Shown: positions 9,098 through 18,532 of the stretch, piece by piece
Layout: every line of letters starts with the position of its first letter
How positions within the stretch are numbered: position 1 is the stretch's first letter
Assembly: GCA_965228895.1 (NCBI GenBank)
Contig: OZ245842.1
Location: forward strand, 5,184,001 to 5,248,000
Source of the DNA: Alphaproteobacteria bacterium
Lineage (GTDB): Bacteria > Pseudomonadota > Alphaproteobacteria > SP197
DNA: 64,000 nt
Direction of reading: 5' to 3'
Program-made: the position numbers and the translations under genes
The notes under the pieces: model-generated
Seen by the model: the letters and a program-made list of their open reading frames with translations, nothing else
Databases searched by the model: none
What the model was told of the DNA's origin: nothing

Positions 9098-10113
9098 CCG
9101 TCGCCATTGGTTACCACGTGCAGGATGGTCCCTGGGGCGGCGGCAACCGTTTCGCCAAGGCGCTGGGCGCGGCGTTGGAGGCGCGGGGCGACCGGGTTGT
9201 CTACGATCTCAACGATCCGGCGATCGACGCCATCCTTCTGACAGATCCACGCGCCAGAAGCGCCAATGTCTCGTTCGCCGCCGGCAAGGTCCTGCGTTAC
9301 CTGGCGCGCCGGCCGGAAGCGATCGTCTTTCATCGCATCAACGAGTGCGATGAGCGTAAGGGTACCCGCAACATGAACAAGAGGCTGAAGCGCGCCAATT
9401 ATGTTGCCGACCACACGATCTTCATTGCGTCCTGGCTTCAGGACCTGGATGTCTGGCGACGCGAAACGCCGTCATCGGTGGTGCTTAACGGCGGTGATAC
9501 CGCGATCTTCAACAGCCGGGGCGCCGAATTGTGGGACCATCGCGGGCCGCTCCGGCTTGTGACGCACCATTGGGGCGGCAACCGCATGAAGGGGTTCGAC
9601 GTCTATGAAGAAGTCGACCGCCTGATCGGTACGCCGACGTGGAAAGACCACCTTGACTTCACCTATATCGGCAACCTGCCGCGCGACTTCACGTTTAAGA
9701 ACGCGCGTCATCTGCCGCCGATGGACGGCGACATGCTGGCTGATGAGATCCGCGGCCACCACGTCTACCTGACCGCGTCGATCAACGAACCGGCGGGTAT
9801 GCATCACATCGAAGGCGCGCTGTGCGGCCTGCCCCTGCTTTACCGTGACTCCGGTGCGCTGCCCGAATACTGCACGGGCTTCGGCGAGATGTTTAGCGAT
9901 GTGCGCACGTTCCATCATGCGCTCGGCCGTATGATCCAAGCTTACGACGAGCACCGGGCGTCGCTCGGTGACTACGACCACACGGCGGAGCGGATGTGCC
10001 GGGGCTATCTGGACGTGATCGATCGTCAGATGGCCGATCGCGATGCGGTGGTTGCCCAGCGCCGCCTGTGGCGCCAGCCCAGGGTCGCCATCGCCAACCG
10101 GGTATCGGGCTAG
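9085..10113 (+). CDS. Glycosyltransferase (GT4-like)
   Basis: GPWGGGN N-terminus, KGFD, NEPAGMHHIEGALCGLP, SGALPE. Confidence 0.75.
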   Translation: MPDLTVAIGYHVQDGPWGGGNRFAKALGAALEARGDRVVYDLNDPAIDAILLTDPRARSANVSFAAGKVLRYLARRPEAIVFHRINECDERKGTRNMNKRLKRANYVADHTIFIASWLQDLDVWRRETPSSVVLNGGDTAIFNSRGAELWDHRGPLRLVTHHWGGNRMKGFDVYEEVDRLIGTPTWKDHLDFTYIGNLPRDFTFKNARHLPPMDGDMLADEIRGHHVYLTASINEPAGMHHIEGALCGLPLLYRDSGALPEYCTGFGEMFSDVRTFHHALGRMIQAYDEHRASLGDYDHTAERMCRGYLDVIDRQMADRDAVVAQRRLWRQPRVAIANRVSG

Positions 10114-10116
10114 GCC

Positions 10117-12009
10117 ATGTGCGGTATCGCCGGCCTGATCGACTGGCAGACGCGTATGGGTCCGGACGCGGTCCGTCGCGCGGTCGAGGCGATGACGGAG
10201 CGCCTGGTCCATCGCGGGCCCGACGCCGCGGGTCTGTGGCATGACGCCGACGGTGTCGCGACGCTGGGCCATCGCCGGCTTTCGATTATCGACCTCAGCG
10301 AAACCGGCGCCCAACCCATGGTCTCAGGCAATAGTGACCTCGTGATCACCTATAACGGCGAGCTCTATAACTACCGCGACATTGCCGACGATCTGCGCGC
10401 CCAGGGTGTTGTGCTGAGAGGCGCGTCCGACACGGAGGTCCTGCTTGAAGCGATTTCGCTGTGGGGTCTTGAGACGGCGTTGAAACGATCGGTCGGTATG
10501 TTTGCTTTCGCGCTGTGGTCGCGTTCGCGGCGTGAACTCGTGCTGGCCCGCGACCGGCTCGGCAAGAAACCGCTCTATTGGTCATCTCATGGTAATCGGC
10601 TTGCCTTTGCGTCGGAGCTAACCGCGTTGCTCACCCTCGACACCATGCCGCGCGACATCGACCGCGACGCGTTGACTCTCTACATGCGCCATGCCTGCGT
10701 GCCGGCGCCGCGCACCATCCTTGCCGGCGTCAACAAGCTGATGCCTGGTCACACCATGACCTTCCGCGATGGTGAGCAGAAGAGTGGCTGTTTTTGGGAT
10801 CTGCGCGCGATCGCGCGCCAGGGTGCGCGCCAGCCGCTCGACGTTACGCCAGACGAAGCGGTGAAGACGCTCGACGGGTTGGTCGACGACGCGGTCGCCA
10901 AACGCATGATCGCCGACGTGCCGCTTGGCGCGTTCCTTTCCGGGGGCATTGATTCCTCGCTCATGGTGGCCACCATGCAGGCAAGAAGCCGCACGCCGAT
11001 CAAGACCTTTACCATCGCCTTCGACGAAGAAGGCTGGGACGAGGGCGGCTACGCGCGCGATGTCGCCGAGCGGCTGGGCACCGATCATCGGGAACTGCGC
11101 CTGGCGCCGGATACCGGCCTTGCCATGGTCGACGATGTCGCGGCGTTCTACGACGAGCCGTTTGCCGATGCGTCCCAGCTGGCGACCTGGTTGGTCAGCC
11201 GGCTGGCCCGCGAGGACGTGATCGTCGCGCTATCCGGTGATGGCGGCGACGAGCTGTTCGCCGGTTATTCACGTTATGCGTGGGCGACGGCTGCTCACCA
11301 CCGCTTTCAGCGCGTGCCGCAAGGCGCGCGCCGCGCCGCCGCGGCGCTGCTGGCCGACGCGCCGTTGCCCGGCCACTGGGGCGACCGGCTGCGCCATCAC
11401 GCCGGCATGGCGGACGCCGGCGACACCGACGAACTCTACCGCCGCCTTGTCAGCGCGTGGCGTGAGCCCTCCGGTGTTGTTACCGATGCAACGGAGCCGA
11501 CGGGCGTGTTATGGGACCGCACCCTGACCGGTGATGTGCCGGACCCGATCGCCCGCATGCAGTTGCTCGATGCCATGACCTTCCTGCCCGACGACATTCT
11601 GACCAAACTCGACCGGGCCTCGATGGCGGTCAGCCTGGAAGCGCGCACGCCGCTGCTGGACCATCGCATTGCCGAGTATGCCTTTGCCTTGCCGCGCCAT
11701 GTCATGCGCCTCGACGGCGAGGGCAAGTGGCCGCTGCGCCAACTGCTCTATCGTCACTTGCCCAAGGAGCTGTTCGACCGGCCCAAGCGCGGGTTCTCCG
11801 TGCCGGTCGGCGCCTGGTTGCGCGGTCCCTTAAAGGCATGGGCCGAACGTTTGATCGACCGGCGCCGGCTTAACGATGCCGGCCTGCTCAACGCTCGCGC
11901 GGTCGAGGGCGCTTGGCGCCGACACCAGGCAGGGCGCAGCGGCTGGGCCAACGCGCTCTGGGCGGTCCTGATGTTCGAAGCGTGGCGCGACAGCCACGGT
12001 TTCGCCTGA
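10117..12009 (+). CDS. asnB: Asparagine synthase (glutamine-hydrolysing)-like amidotransferase
   Basis: MCGIAG, HRGPD, HRRLSIID, NGELYN, LSGGIDSS, SGDGGDE, KRGF. Confidence 0.93.
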   Translation: MCGIAGLIDWQTRMGPDAVRRAVEAMTERLVHRGPDAAGLWHDADGVATLGHRRLSIIDLSETGAQPMVSGNSDLVITYNGELYNYRDIADDLRAQGVVLRGASDTEVLLEAISLWGLETALKRSVGMFAFALWSRSRRELVLARDRLGKKPLYWSSHGNRLAFASELTALLTLDTMPRDIDRDALTLYMRHACVPAPRTILAGVNKLMPGHTMTFRDGEQKSGCFWDLRAIARQGARQPLDVTPDEAVKTLDGLVDDAVAKRMIADVPLGAFLSGGIDSSLMVATMQARSRTPIKTFTIAFDEEGWDEGGYARDVAERLGTDHRELRLAPDTGLAMVDDVAAFYDEPFADASQLATWLVSRLAREDVIVALSGDGGDELFAGYSRYAWATAAHHRFQRVPQGARRAAAALLADAPLPGHWGDRLRHHAGMADAGDTDELYRRLVSAWREPSGVVTDATEPTGVLWDRTLTGDVPDPIARMQLLDAMTFLPDDILTKLDRASMAVSLEARTPLLDHRIAEYAFALPRHVMRLDGEGKWPLRQLLYRHLPKELFDRPKRGFSVPVGAWLRGPLKAWAERLIDRRRLNDAGLLNARAVEGAWRRHQAGRSGWANALWAVLMFEAWRDSHGFA

Positions 12010-12022
12010 GGCCGGTCAAGGT

Positions 12023-12829
12023 ATGCGCAAGGATATGATCGCCAGCGCCGACTTTTCCGGCCTCGCCGAACCGGATTTTGTCGAGCGTTATTGGACCGAA
12101 GTCTGGCAGCGTCAGGGAACGTCCGATAGTGCGGTGGCCAAGATCCCGACGAAGCCGGAATTCCGCGTCATGACGCCCTATCTGGATGCGCTGCCCCAGG
12201 GCGCGCGCATCGTCGACGGCGGCTGCGGGTTGGGCGACTGGGTGGTGTGCTTGAAGCAGCGCGGCTTCGATGTTCTGGGTATCGATATCAGCCGCGAGAC
12301 CGTCGCTATTCTCAAGGAACGCTTTCCCGATGTCGCCTTCGAGGTCGGCGACATCAGAGAGACCGGTTTGCCCGAGGCAAGCGTCGACGTCTATTTCTCC
12401 TGGGGTGTCTTCGAACACTTCGAGGAAGGGTTGGGCCGCTGTATCGACGAGGCGCTCAGGATCCTAAAGCCCGGTGGTCATCTCTTCATCACCGTGCCTT
12501 TCGACAACATCCGCATGTCACTCAAGGCTTCGTTCGGCAGTCCCGGCGCCTACCGTGAGGCGCGCGACGACGAGCGTTTCTATCAATGGCGGTTGACCCG
12601 CGAGGAGTTGGCGCGCGAACTCTCCCACGGCGGATTCGAAGTCCTCGACGTCATGCCGATGCATAAACGCCAGGGCATGCTGCGTTCGCTGCATCACGAG
12701 TTCGGCCTGCCCTATGGCTGGCTCTTGACGCGCGGCCTTGCGTTCGGTCTGGCGCCCGTCGTGCCTGGACGCGTTGTCGCCCACATGCTGATGGCCGTGG
12801 CGCGCCGTCCGGACGAAACGGCGGGCTGA
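12023..12829 (+). CDS. Class I SAM-dependent methyltransferase
   Basis: VDGGCGLG, GVFEHF, LKPGGHLFITVP. Confidence 0.85.
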   Translation: MRKDMIASADFSGLAEPDFVERYWTEVWQRQGTSDSAVAKIPTKPEFRVMTPYLDALPQGARIVDGGCGLGDWVVCLKQRGFDVLGIDISRETVAILKERFPDVAFEVGDIRETGLPEASVDVYFSWGVFEHFEEGLGRCIDEALRILKPGGHLFITVPFDNIRMSLKASFGSPGAYREARDDERFYQWRLTREELARELSHGGFEVLDVMPMHKRQGMLRSLHHEFGLPYGWLLTRGLAFGLAPVVPGRVVAHMLMAVARRPDETAG

Positions 12830-12834
12830 GCCGG

Positions 12835-13644
12835 ATGGGCGAGATCTGTGGCGATGGCGCGATGTCGGCGGGCGCGCGTGTGGCCTATCTCCTCTGCAAT
12901 GCCGGACGCAACATGGCTGGCGCGTTTGTGCCGCTAAAGGTCGAACGTTGGCGCTTGCCACATGCCGAAATCGGCCGGGCTCGCCATCGCCTGACGTCGC
13001 CGTCGCGCATCGTTTCCGAACACGCGCTGTCATCCGTTCTACGCGCGTGGGCGCCCGATCGCCCGATTACGATCATCGATATCGGTTGTGGCAGCGGCGG
13101 CGCGCGTGAGATGTTTGCCGCCGCCGGACTTCATGGCACCTATGTTGGCGTCGATGTCGACGATCGCTTTCAGCCCGACGGCTGGCCGATGTTCGAAAGC
13201 CGTTTCGTCCAGGCCGACGCCCATGCTGCCGACCTGCCCCAGGCCGATCTGATCTTCTCCTTCTCGGCTCTCGAACACATCCCTGACGACAACCGCCTGA
13301 TCGAACGGTTGCGTGGTTTCGTCAAACCGGACGGCCTTCAGCTCCACATCGTGCCGGCCGGCTGGGCGCTCGCCGCCTATCTGTGGCACGGCTATCGCCA
13401 GTACTCGAGAGCCGCGGTTCGCCGGCGTTTCGACCGCGCGACCACCCGTGTCATCGCCGCCGGCGGCGTGCCCAGTCTGCTGCTCCATGTCTTCGGTATC
13501 GCCGTGCCGGAGATCCTCCTTCGCCGGAACCTTCGCCGCCGTTGGCCTCAAGCCTTCGGTCGCGCCTTGGCTGCTGGCCTGGGCGCCGACCGGTGGCTCG
13601 CCATCGCCCCGACCAACTATGTCGTCGTCGAGCGCGCCGCTTGA
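12835..13644 (+). CDS. Class I SAM-dependent methyltransferase
   Basis: IDIGCGSG, SALEHI, KPDG. Start uncertain. Confidence 0.8.
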   Translation: MGEICGDGAMSAGARVAYLLCNAGRNMAGAFVPLKVERWRLPHAEIGRARHRLTSPSRIVSEHALSSVLRAWAPDRPITIIDIGCGSGGAREMFAAAGLHGTYVGVDVDDRFQPDGWPMFESRFVQADAHAADLPQADLIFSFSALEHIPDDNRLIERLRGFVKPDGLQLHIVPAGWALAAYLWHGYRQYSRAAVRRRFDRATTRVIAAGGVPSLLLHVFGIAVPEILLRRNLRRRWPQAFGRALAAGLGADRWLAIAPTNYVVVERAA

Positions 13645-13712
13645 GGATGGGTTTTGCGTGCGGCCGCGATCCGCTCTAAAAGGCCGCATCACATCCGCTC
13701 TTCGCAGTAATC

Positions 13713-14681
13713 ATGACACAACGGACGGCCCTTATCTTCGGCATCAGCGGTCAGGACGGTGCCTATCTGACGCAACGCCTGATCGACCATGGTTATGCCG
13801 TGCACGGCGCCTCGCGCGATGTTGCCAACCGGGATTTCGATGGCCTTGCGGCGTTGGGCATCAAGGATCACGTCACACTTCATTCGGTCTCGACGCTGGA
13901 TCGCGAGCAGGTGGGCCGGTTGGTGGCGGACGTAGCGCCGGACGAGATCTACAACCTGGGCGGCCAGAGTTCGGTCGGCCTGTCGTTCGAACAACCGCTT
14001 GAGACATTCCACAGCAACGTCACCGGCACCGCCAACCTGCTTGAGACCATCCGGTTATCGAGACCGGACACCCGTTTCTACAACGCCTGCTCAGGCGAGT
14101 GTTTTGGTGATCTGGGCGACGGCGAGGCCGCTGACGAAACGACGGCGTTTCGACCTGTCAGCCCCTATGCCGGGGCCAAGGCCACGGCCTTTTGGATGGT
14201 CGTTTGTTATCGTGAAACCTATGGCCTGCACGCCTCATCCGGCATCCTTTTCAACCATGAATCGCCGCTGCGTCCCGCCCGTTTTGTGACACGGAAGGTC
14301 GTCGCTGCCGCCGCCAGGATCGCCGCCGGATCCGATGAGAAGCTGACGCTTGGCGATACCACGATACGCCGTGATTGGGGTTGGGCGCCCGAATACATGG
14401 AGGCGGTGCGGCGCATGGTGCAGCTCGACACACCCGAAGACTTTGTTATCGCCACCGGTGTCCCGCACAGCCTTCAGGAGTTTGTCGAAACGGCGTTCGA
14501 TCACTTCGGCCTCGACTGGGCCGACCATGTGATGACCGACCCGTCACTGTTCCGTCCGTCGGAAATACGCCAGAACGCCGGAAATGCCGCCAAGGCCGCG
14601 CGGCTTCTGGACTGGCGGGCCACGGTGACCATGCCCGAGGTCGTCGTGCGCATGGCGGAGGCCGAATCGGCGCGTCGTTGA
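13713..14681 (+). CDS. gmd: GDP-mannose 4,6-dehydratase
   Basis: GISGQDGAYL, QSSVGLSF, SPYAGAK, GILFNHESPLR, RFVTRK, RDWG. Confidence 0.93.
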   Translation: MTQRTALIFGISGQDGAYLTQRLIDHGYAVHGASRDVANRDFDGLAALGIKDHVTLHSVSTLDREQVGRLVADVAPDEIYNLGGQSSVGLSFEQPLETFHSNVTGTANLLETIRLSRPDTRFYNACSGECFGDLGDGEAADETTAFRPVSPYAGAKATAFWMVVCYRETYGLHASSGILFNHESPLRPARFVTRKVVAAAARIAAGSDEKLTLGDTTIRRDWGWAPEYMEAVRRMVQLDTPEDFVIATGVPHSLQEFVETAFDHFGLDWADHVMTDPSLFRPSEIRQNAGNAAKAARLLDWRATVTMPEVVVRMAEAESARR

Positions 14682-15799
14682 GCGAACTGCGACAACTTGC
14701 CGCCCGGAACTTGAGGGCCGGGCGCTGCGCCTGGCGGCGTGGACTCCATGTCTGCGGTCTCTACCGTCCGCAACTGGCGCCGGTGAACATTGTTGTCGAG
14801 CGTGCCGACTGGGTGCTCAAACGTTTTGGCGAAGAGATCGTCGAACACGTCAACGACTCCCATCCGGGCACGGCAGCTGTTACTACGGCGCCCGACCTGA
14901 TGGTTGATACGACCGTGCACTTTGCATCGCAGTACATGTGGCTAACTTGGGGTCAGCACATGTCGCGGTCAAATCGCTTCGTCGTCTCCTTCTTTCACGG
15001 CAAGCGCGAAGACGGCGACAATATCGACCGTCACATCGATCTTTTCCTGGAGTCGGTGCCCCGACTATCCCGCATTGTGACGGCCGCCAGCATTATCGAG
15101 GAACGCCTGACCTCATGGGGCGTCGATCCCCAGCGGATCGTGCGCATTCCCCTCGGTGTCGATGCCGAGGTCTTTCGGTTTCCCGACGCGGCGCAACGGA
15201 CGGCGGCGCGCCGGCGCTTCGGCGTGCCGGATGGCGCCTTGTGCATCGGGTCCTTCCAGAAGGACGGTGTCGGCTGGGGTGAGGGCGTCGAGCCGAAACT
15301 GATCAAAGGACCCGATCTTTTTGTCGAAGCGGTCGCGCGGATTGCGCGTGAGAGGCCGGTGCATGTTCTCCTGACCGGCCCGGCGCGGGGTTTTGTCAAA
15401 CAAGGACTCGAATCACACGGCATTTCCTTTCACCACGAATACCTCAAAGACCAGCGTGAACTCACTGCCTGTTACCATGCGCTCGACCTCTATCTCGTCA
15501 CGTCGAGAGAGGAGGGCGGGCCGCTGGCTTTGCTGGAGAGCATGGCGACTGGCGTGCCGGTCGTTTCGACACCGGTGGGCATGTCACCGGACGTCATTGA
15601 GGACGGTAGGACAGGCGGTCTTGCCGACGTCGATGCCGACAGCCTTGGTCAACGTGCTCTCGACCTGCTGGCTGACGATGATGCGCTCACGGCGCTTAAA
15701 CATAACGCGCGCCAACGGGTGCTTGCCTGTGATTGGCGCGAGGTCGCACGCCAGCACTATGACAAGGTCTACAAACCCTTGATCGGTGGGCCCTCGTGA
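14678..15799 (+). CDS. Glycosyltransferase family 4
   Basis: GSFQKDG, KGPD, SREEGGPLALLESMATGVPVV. TTG start overlapping the gmd stop; the track's 14375 start is over-extended. Confidence 0.85.
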   Translation: MSELRQLAARNLRAGRCAWRRGLHVCGLYRPQLAPVNIVVERADWVLKRFGEEIVEHVNDSHPGTAAVTTAPDLMVDTTVHFASQYMWLTWGQHMSRSNRFVVSFFHGKREDGDNIDRHIDLFLESVPRLSRIVTAASIIEERLTSWGVDPQRIVRIPLGVDAEVFRFPDAAQRTAARRRFGVPDGALCIGSFQKDGVGWGEGVEPKLIKGPDLFVEAVARIARERPVHVLLTGPARGFVKQGLESHGISFHHEYLKDQRELTACYHALDLYLVTSREEGGPLALLESMATGVPVVSTPVGMSPDVIEDGRTGGLADVDADSLGQRALDLLADDDALTALKHNARQRVLACDWREVARQHYDKVYKPLIGGPS

Positions 15800-16893
15800 C
15801 CGCACTGCGCGATCCGCTGACCAAACGCTTGGCGCGGAGCGCCTATCGGTTTGGTCTCGGTGTCGAAGTACTGTCCCGATCGGGCGGGCGGTCCGGTGAG
15901 CCACGTTTGTTCTATGGCGGCACGCGGCCCGGCAACAGTGGTGGTGCGCTGGTCAAGATGCAGCGTCTGGTCGAGTACTTCCCGGAGGATCGTAAGCGCT
16001 ACAACTTGGTCTACCTGATGAGCAACACCCCTTACCTGCCGCCGTTTGCGCTCGACGCGCTCAAACGCCGTGGCGTGCCGATCGTATTGAATCAGAACGG
16101 CGTTTTCTATGGTGGCTGGTTCGCCGGCGACTGGCAGGCGAAGAACCGCGAGATGGCGGTCGCCTATCACGCCGCCGATCATGTCTTCTGGCAAAGCGCG
16201 TTCTGCCGCCGGTCTGCCGACCGATTTCTCGGCGAGCGGGATGGCGCGGGCGAGGTGCTCTTCAACGCCGTCGACACCGACCATTTCTCGCCCGCAACCG
16301 AACGCCCTGAACGCCCGCTGACCTTTCTGGTCGCGGGTAAGATCGACCAGCATCTTTTCTATCGTATTGACTCAAGCCTCAGGGGTTTTGCCGAGGCGCG
16401 CCGGCGCGGTTTGGATGCCGCCATGATCATTGCGGGTTTGCTCGATACGCGAATCGACGGGATGACACGCGCGCTCATCGATGACCTGAGACTTGGCGAA
16501 CGGGTCTCCGTCACCGGTGGCTATCGTCAGGCTGACGCACCGTCGGTCTATCGCCAGGCGGACATCTATCTCATGACCAAACACAACGACCCCTGCCCGA
16601 ACACGGTCCTGGAAGCCATGGCATCCGGCCTGCCGGTGATCTATTCGGCGACCGGCGGTGTGCCGGAGCTGGTTGGCGAGGAGGCCGGCATCGGACTGGC
16701 TTGCGCGGAAAGCTGGGACGAACCGCATTGGCCCGCGCCTGACGCGTTGGCGCAGGCCATGTTGCAGGCTGCCGAAGCGCGAGAGACGATGGCGTCGGCC
16801 GCGCGTGATCGCGCCGTCGCCCGGTTCGGCATCGAACACTGGATCGGCCGTCATCGCGCGGTCTTCGAGTCGTTGCTGGAAAACCGCGCATGA
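15796..16893 (+). CDS. Glycosyltransferase family 4
   Basis: NAVDTDHF, DPCPNTVLEAMASGLPVI, GGVPELV. Confidence 0.88.
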   Translation: MTALRDPLTKRLARSAYRFGLGVEVLSRSGGRSGEPRLFYGGTRPGNSGGALVKMQRLVEYFPEDRKRYNLVYLMSNTPYLPPFALDALKRRGVPIVLNQNGVFYGGWFAGDWQAKNREMAVAYHAADHVFWQSAFCRRSADRFLGERDGAGEVLFNAVDTDHFSPATERPERPLTFLVAGKIDQHLFYRIDSSLRGFAEARRRGLDAAMIIAGLLDTRIDGMTRALIDDLRLGERVSVTGGYRQADAPSVYRQADIYLMTKHNDPCPNTVLEAMASGLPVIYSATGGVPELVGEEAGIGLACAESWDEPHWPAPDALAQAMLQAAEARETMASAARDRAVARFGIEHWIGRHRAVFESLLENRA

Positions 16894-17678
16894 GCCCGGG
16901 AACGAAACGCCTGATCCTCGGTATCGCCGGCGTCTTGGCGTTGCCGCTACATTTGATTCCGGCACGCTTGCGCCGCGGACTTTTGTTCGGCGCCATAACT
17001 CTTGAATCGCGTCTCGGCACGCCGGCGGAGAGCCTCAAGCGACTCTATGGTCTGAGCGACGATCTCGAACGTGTCATCGCTGACCGCGCGATGGCGCTGG
17101 GTGACGGCATCCACCCCAAGCACCGGCTGACCAACTACCATGACTTTTTTGTCGCGCGCATCGATGACGGCAAGCGCGTGCTGGATATTGGCTGTGGCTA
17201 TGGCGAAGTCGCGCGTTCGATTGCGCGGGCGCGCCCGTCTTCGATGGTCACCGGCATCGACATTGAAGCGCCGCTGATCGATCAGGCCAAGGCGGCGGAT
17301 AATCCCGCCAACCTGACCTTTGTCCTGGGTGATGCGCTCAAGGATTTGCCGGACGGCCATTGCGACGTCATCGTGCTCTCCAATGTGCTGGAGCATCTGG
17401 AACATCGTATCGAATTCTTGAAGGGTTTGAGGACACGGCTGACGCCCGAGCGTGTCTTGATCCGCGTGCCGCTTTATGAACGCTCCTGGCATGTGCCGAT
17501 GCGCGATGAGCTTGGCATCACCTATTTTTCCGACCGAACGCACTTCATCGAACACCGCCTGAGGGAATTCGAAGATGAGGTGACAGAGGCTGGCTTCGTC
17601 ATCGTCGAATGTCAGACGTTCTGGGGTGAAATCTGGGCCGACTGCCGGTCTGCCCAAGACAGAAAGCAAAGTGACTGA
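16890..17678 (+). CDS. Class I SAM-dependent methyltransferase
   Basis: VLDIGCGYG, LSNVLEH. Confidence 0.85.
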   Translation: MSPGTKRLILGIAGVLALPLHLIPARLRRGLLFGAITLESRLGTPAESLKRLYGLSDDLERVIADRAMALGDGIHPKHRLTNYHDFFVARIDDGKRVLDIGCGYGEVARSIARARPSSMVTGIDIEAPLIDQAKAADNPANLTFVLGDALKDLPDGHCDVIVLSNVLEHLEHRIEFLKGLRTRLTPERVLIRVPLYERSWHVPMRDELGITYFSDRTHFIEHRLREFEDEVTEAGFVIVECQTFWGEIWADCRSAQDRKQSD

Positions 17679-18523
17679 TGCCTGACGTCAGCGTCGTTCT
17701 GCCCTGTTTCAACGCGCATGCGTTTCTCGATCGCGCGCTGGACAGCGTGAGAGCGCAGACCGTCGCTGACCTCGAAGTCCTGATTGTTGACGATGGCTCG
17801 ACCGATCCCGACACCGTTGCCTATCTGGATGCGCTTGATCCGGCTATCCGCGTCGTCCGTCAGGAGAACCGCGGGCTTGCCGGTGCGCGCAACCGGGCGT
17901 TCGAGGAAGCGCAAGGGCGTTTTGTGCTGCCGCTGGACTGCGACGACTGGATCGCGCCTGACTTTATCGCCAAGGCTCTTGCCGTGGTCGGTGATAACGA
18001 CAACGCTTTCGCATTTGCCTGGCTTGATGTCTTCGGCGACTTCTCGGCGGTTCTTCAGAAAAACTGGAACCTCTACGAGCAGCTTTTCTTCAACCAACTG
18101 CCTTACTGCATGTTGATCCCGAAGGCATTGTGGGCGCGCGTCGGCGGTTATGATGAGACCATGCGTTGGGGTTATGAGGACTGGGACTTCAACATCCGCC
18201 TGGGTCTGGCTGGCGCCGAGGGTCATGTCGTTGCCGAGCCGTTGTTTCACTATTACGCCAGCGGTGGCGGCATGTTGCAGACCATGTCGAACCGCCGCTA
18301 TGCGGAATTGTGGGCGGGTATCCAGGTGAAACATTCGGAGACCTATCGGCTTGGTTCCTTGCTGGCGCTCAAGAAAGCGTGGGCGGGCAAACCGTCGACC
18401 TACCCGCCGGCGCTGTTGCTTGTTTGGTGGTTTGCCTTTCGGACCCTGCCGCGCCCGCTGTTTCAGGCGCTATTCGACCGCCTCTTGCGTCATTCTCACG
18501 TGCGGCGCACGGCTGGCGTCTGA
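17678..18523 (+). CDS. Glycosyltransferase family 2
   Basis: VSVVLPCFN, VDDGSTD, NRGLAGARN, LDCDD, EDWD. Confidence 0.92.
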   Translation: MPDVSVVLPCFNAHAFLDRALDSVRAQTVADLEVLIVDDGSTDPDTVAYLDALDPAIRVVRQENRGLAGARNRAFEEAQGRFVLPLDCDDWIAPDFIAKALAVVGDNDNAFAFAWLDVFGDFSAVLQKNWNLYEQLFFNQLPYCMLIPKALWARVGGYDETMRWGYEDWDFNIRLGLAGAEGHVVAEPLFHYYASGGGMLQTMSNRRYAELWAGIQVKHSETYRLGSLLALKKAWAGKPSTYPPALLLVWWFAFRTLPRPLFQALFDRLLRHSHVRRTAGV

Positions 18524-18532
18524 CGTCACGCC

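Noticed and set aside
14375-14677. N-terminal extension of the GT4 in the ORF track, and similar extensions for TRAP, rsmB, hemC, creatininase and acs
   Set aside because: They overlap neighbouring genes or promoters; downstream starts with coupling or RBS fit better.
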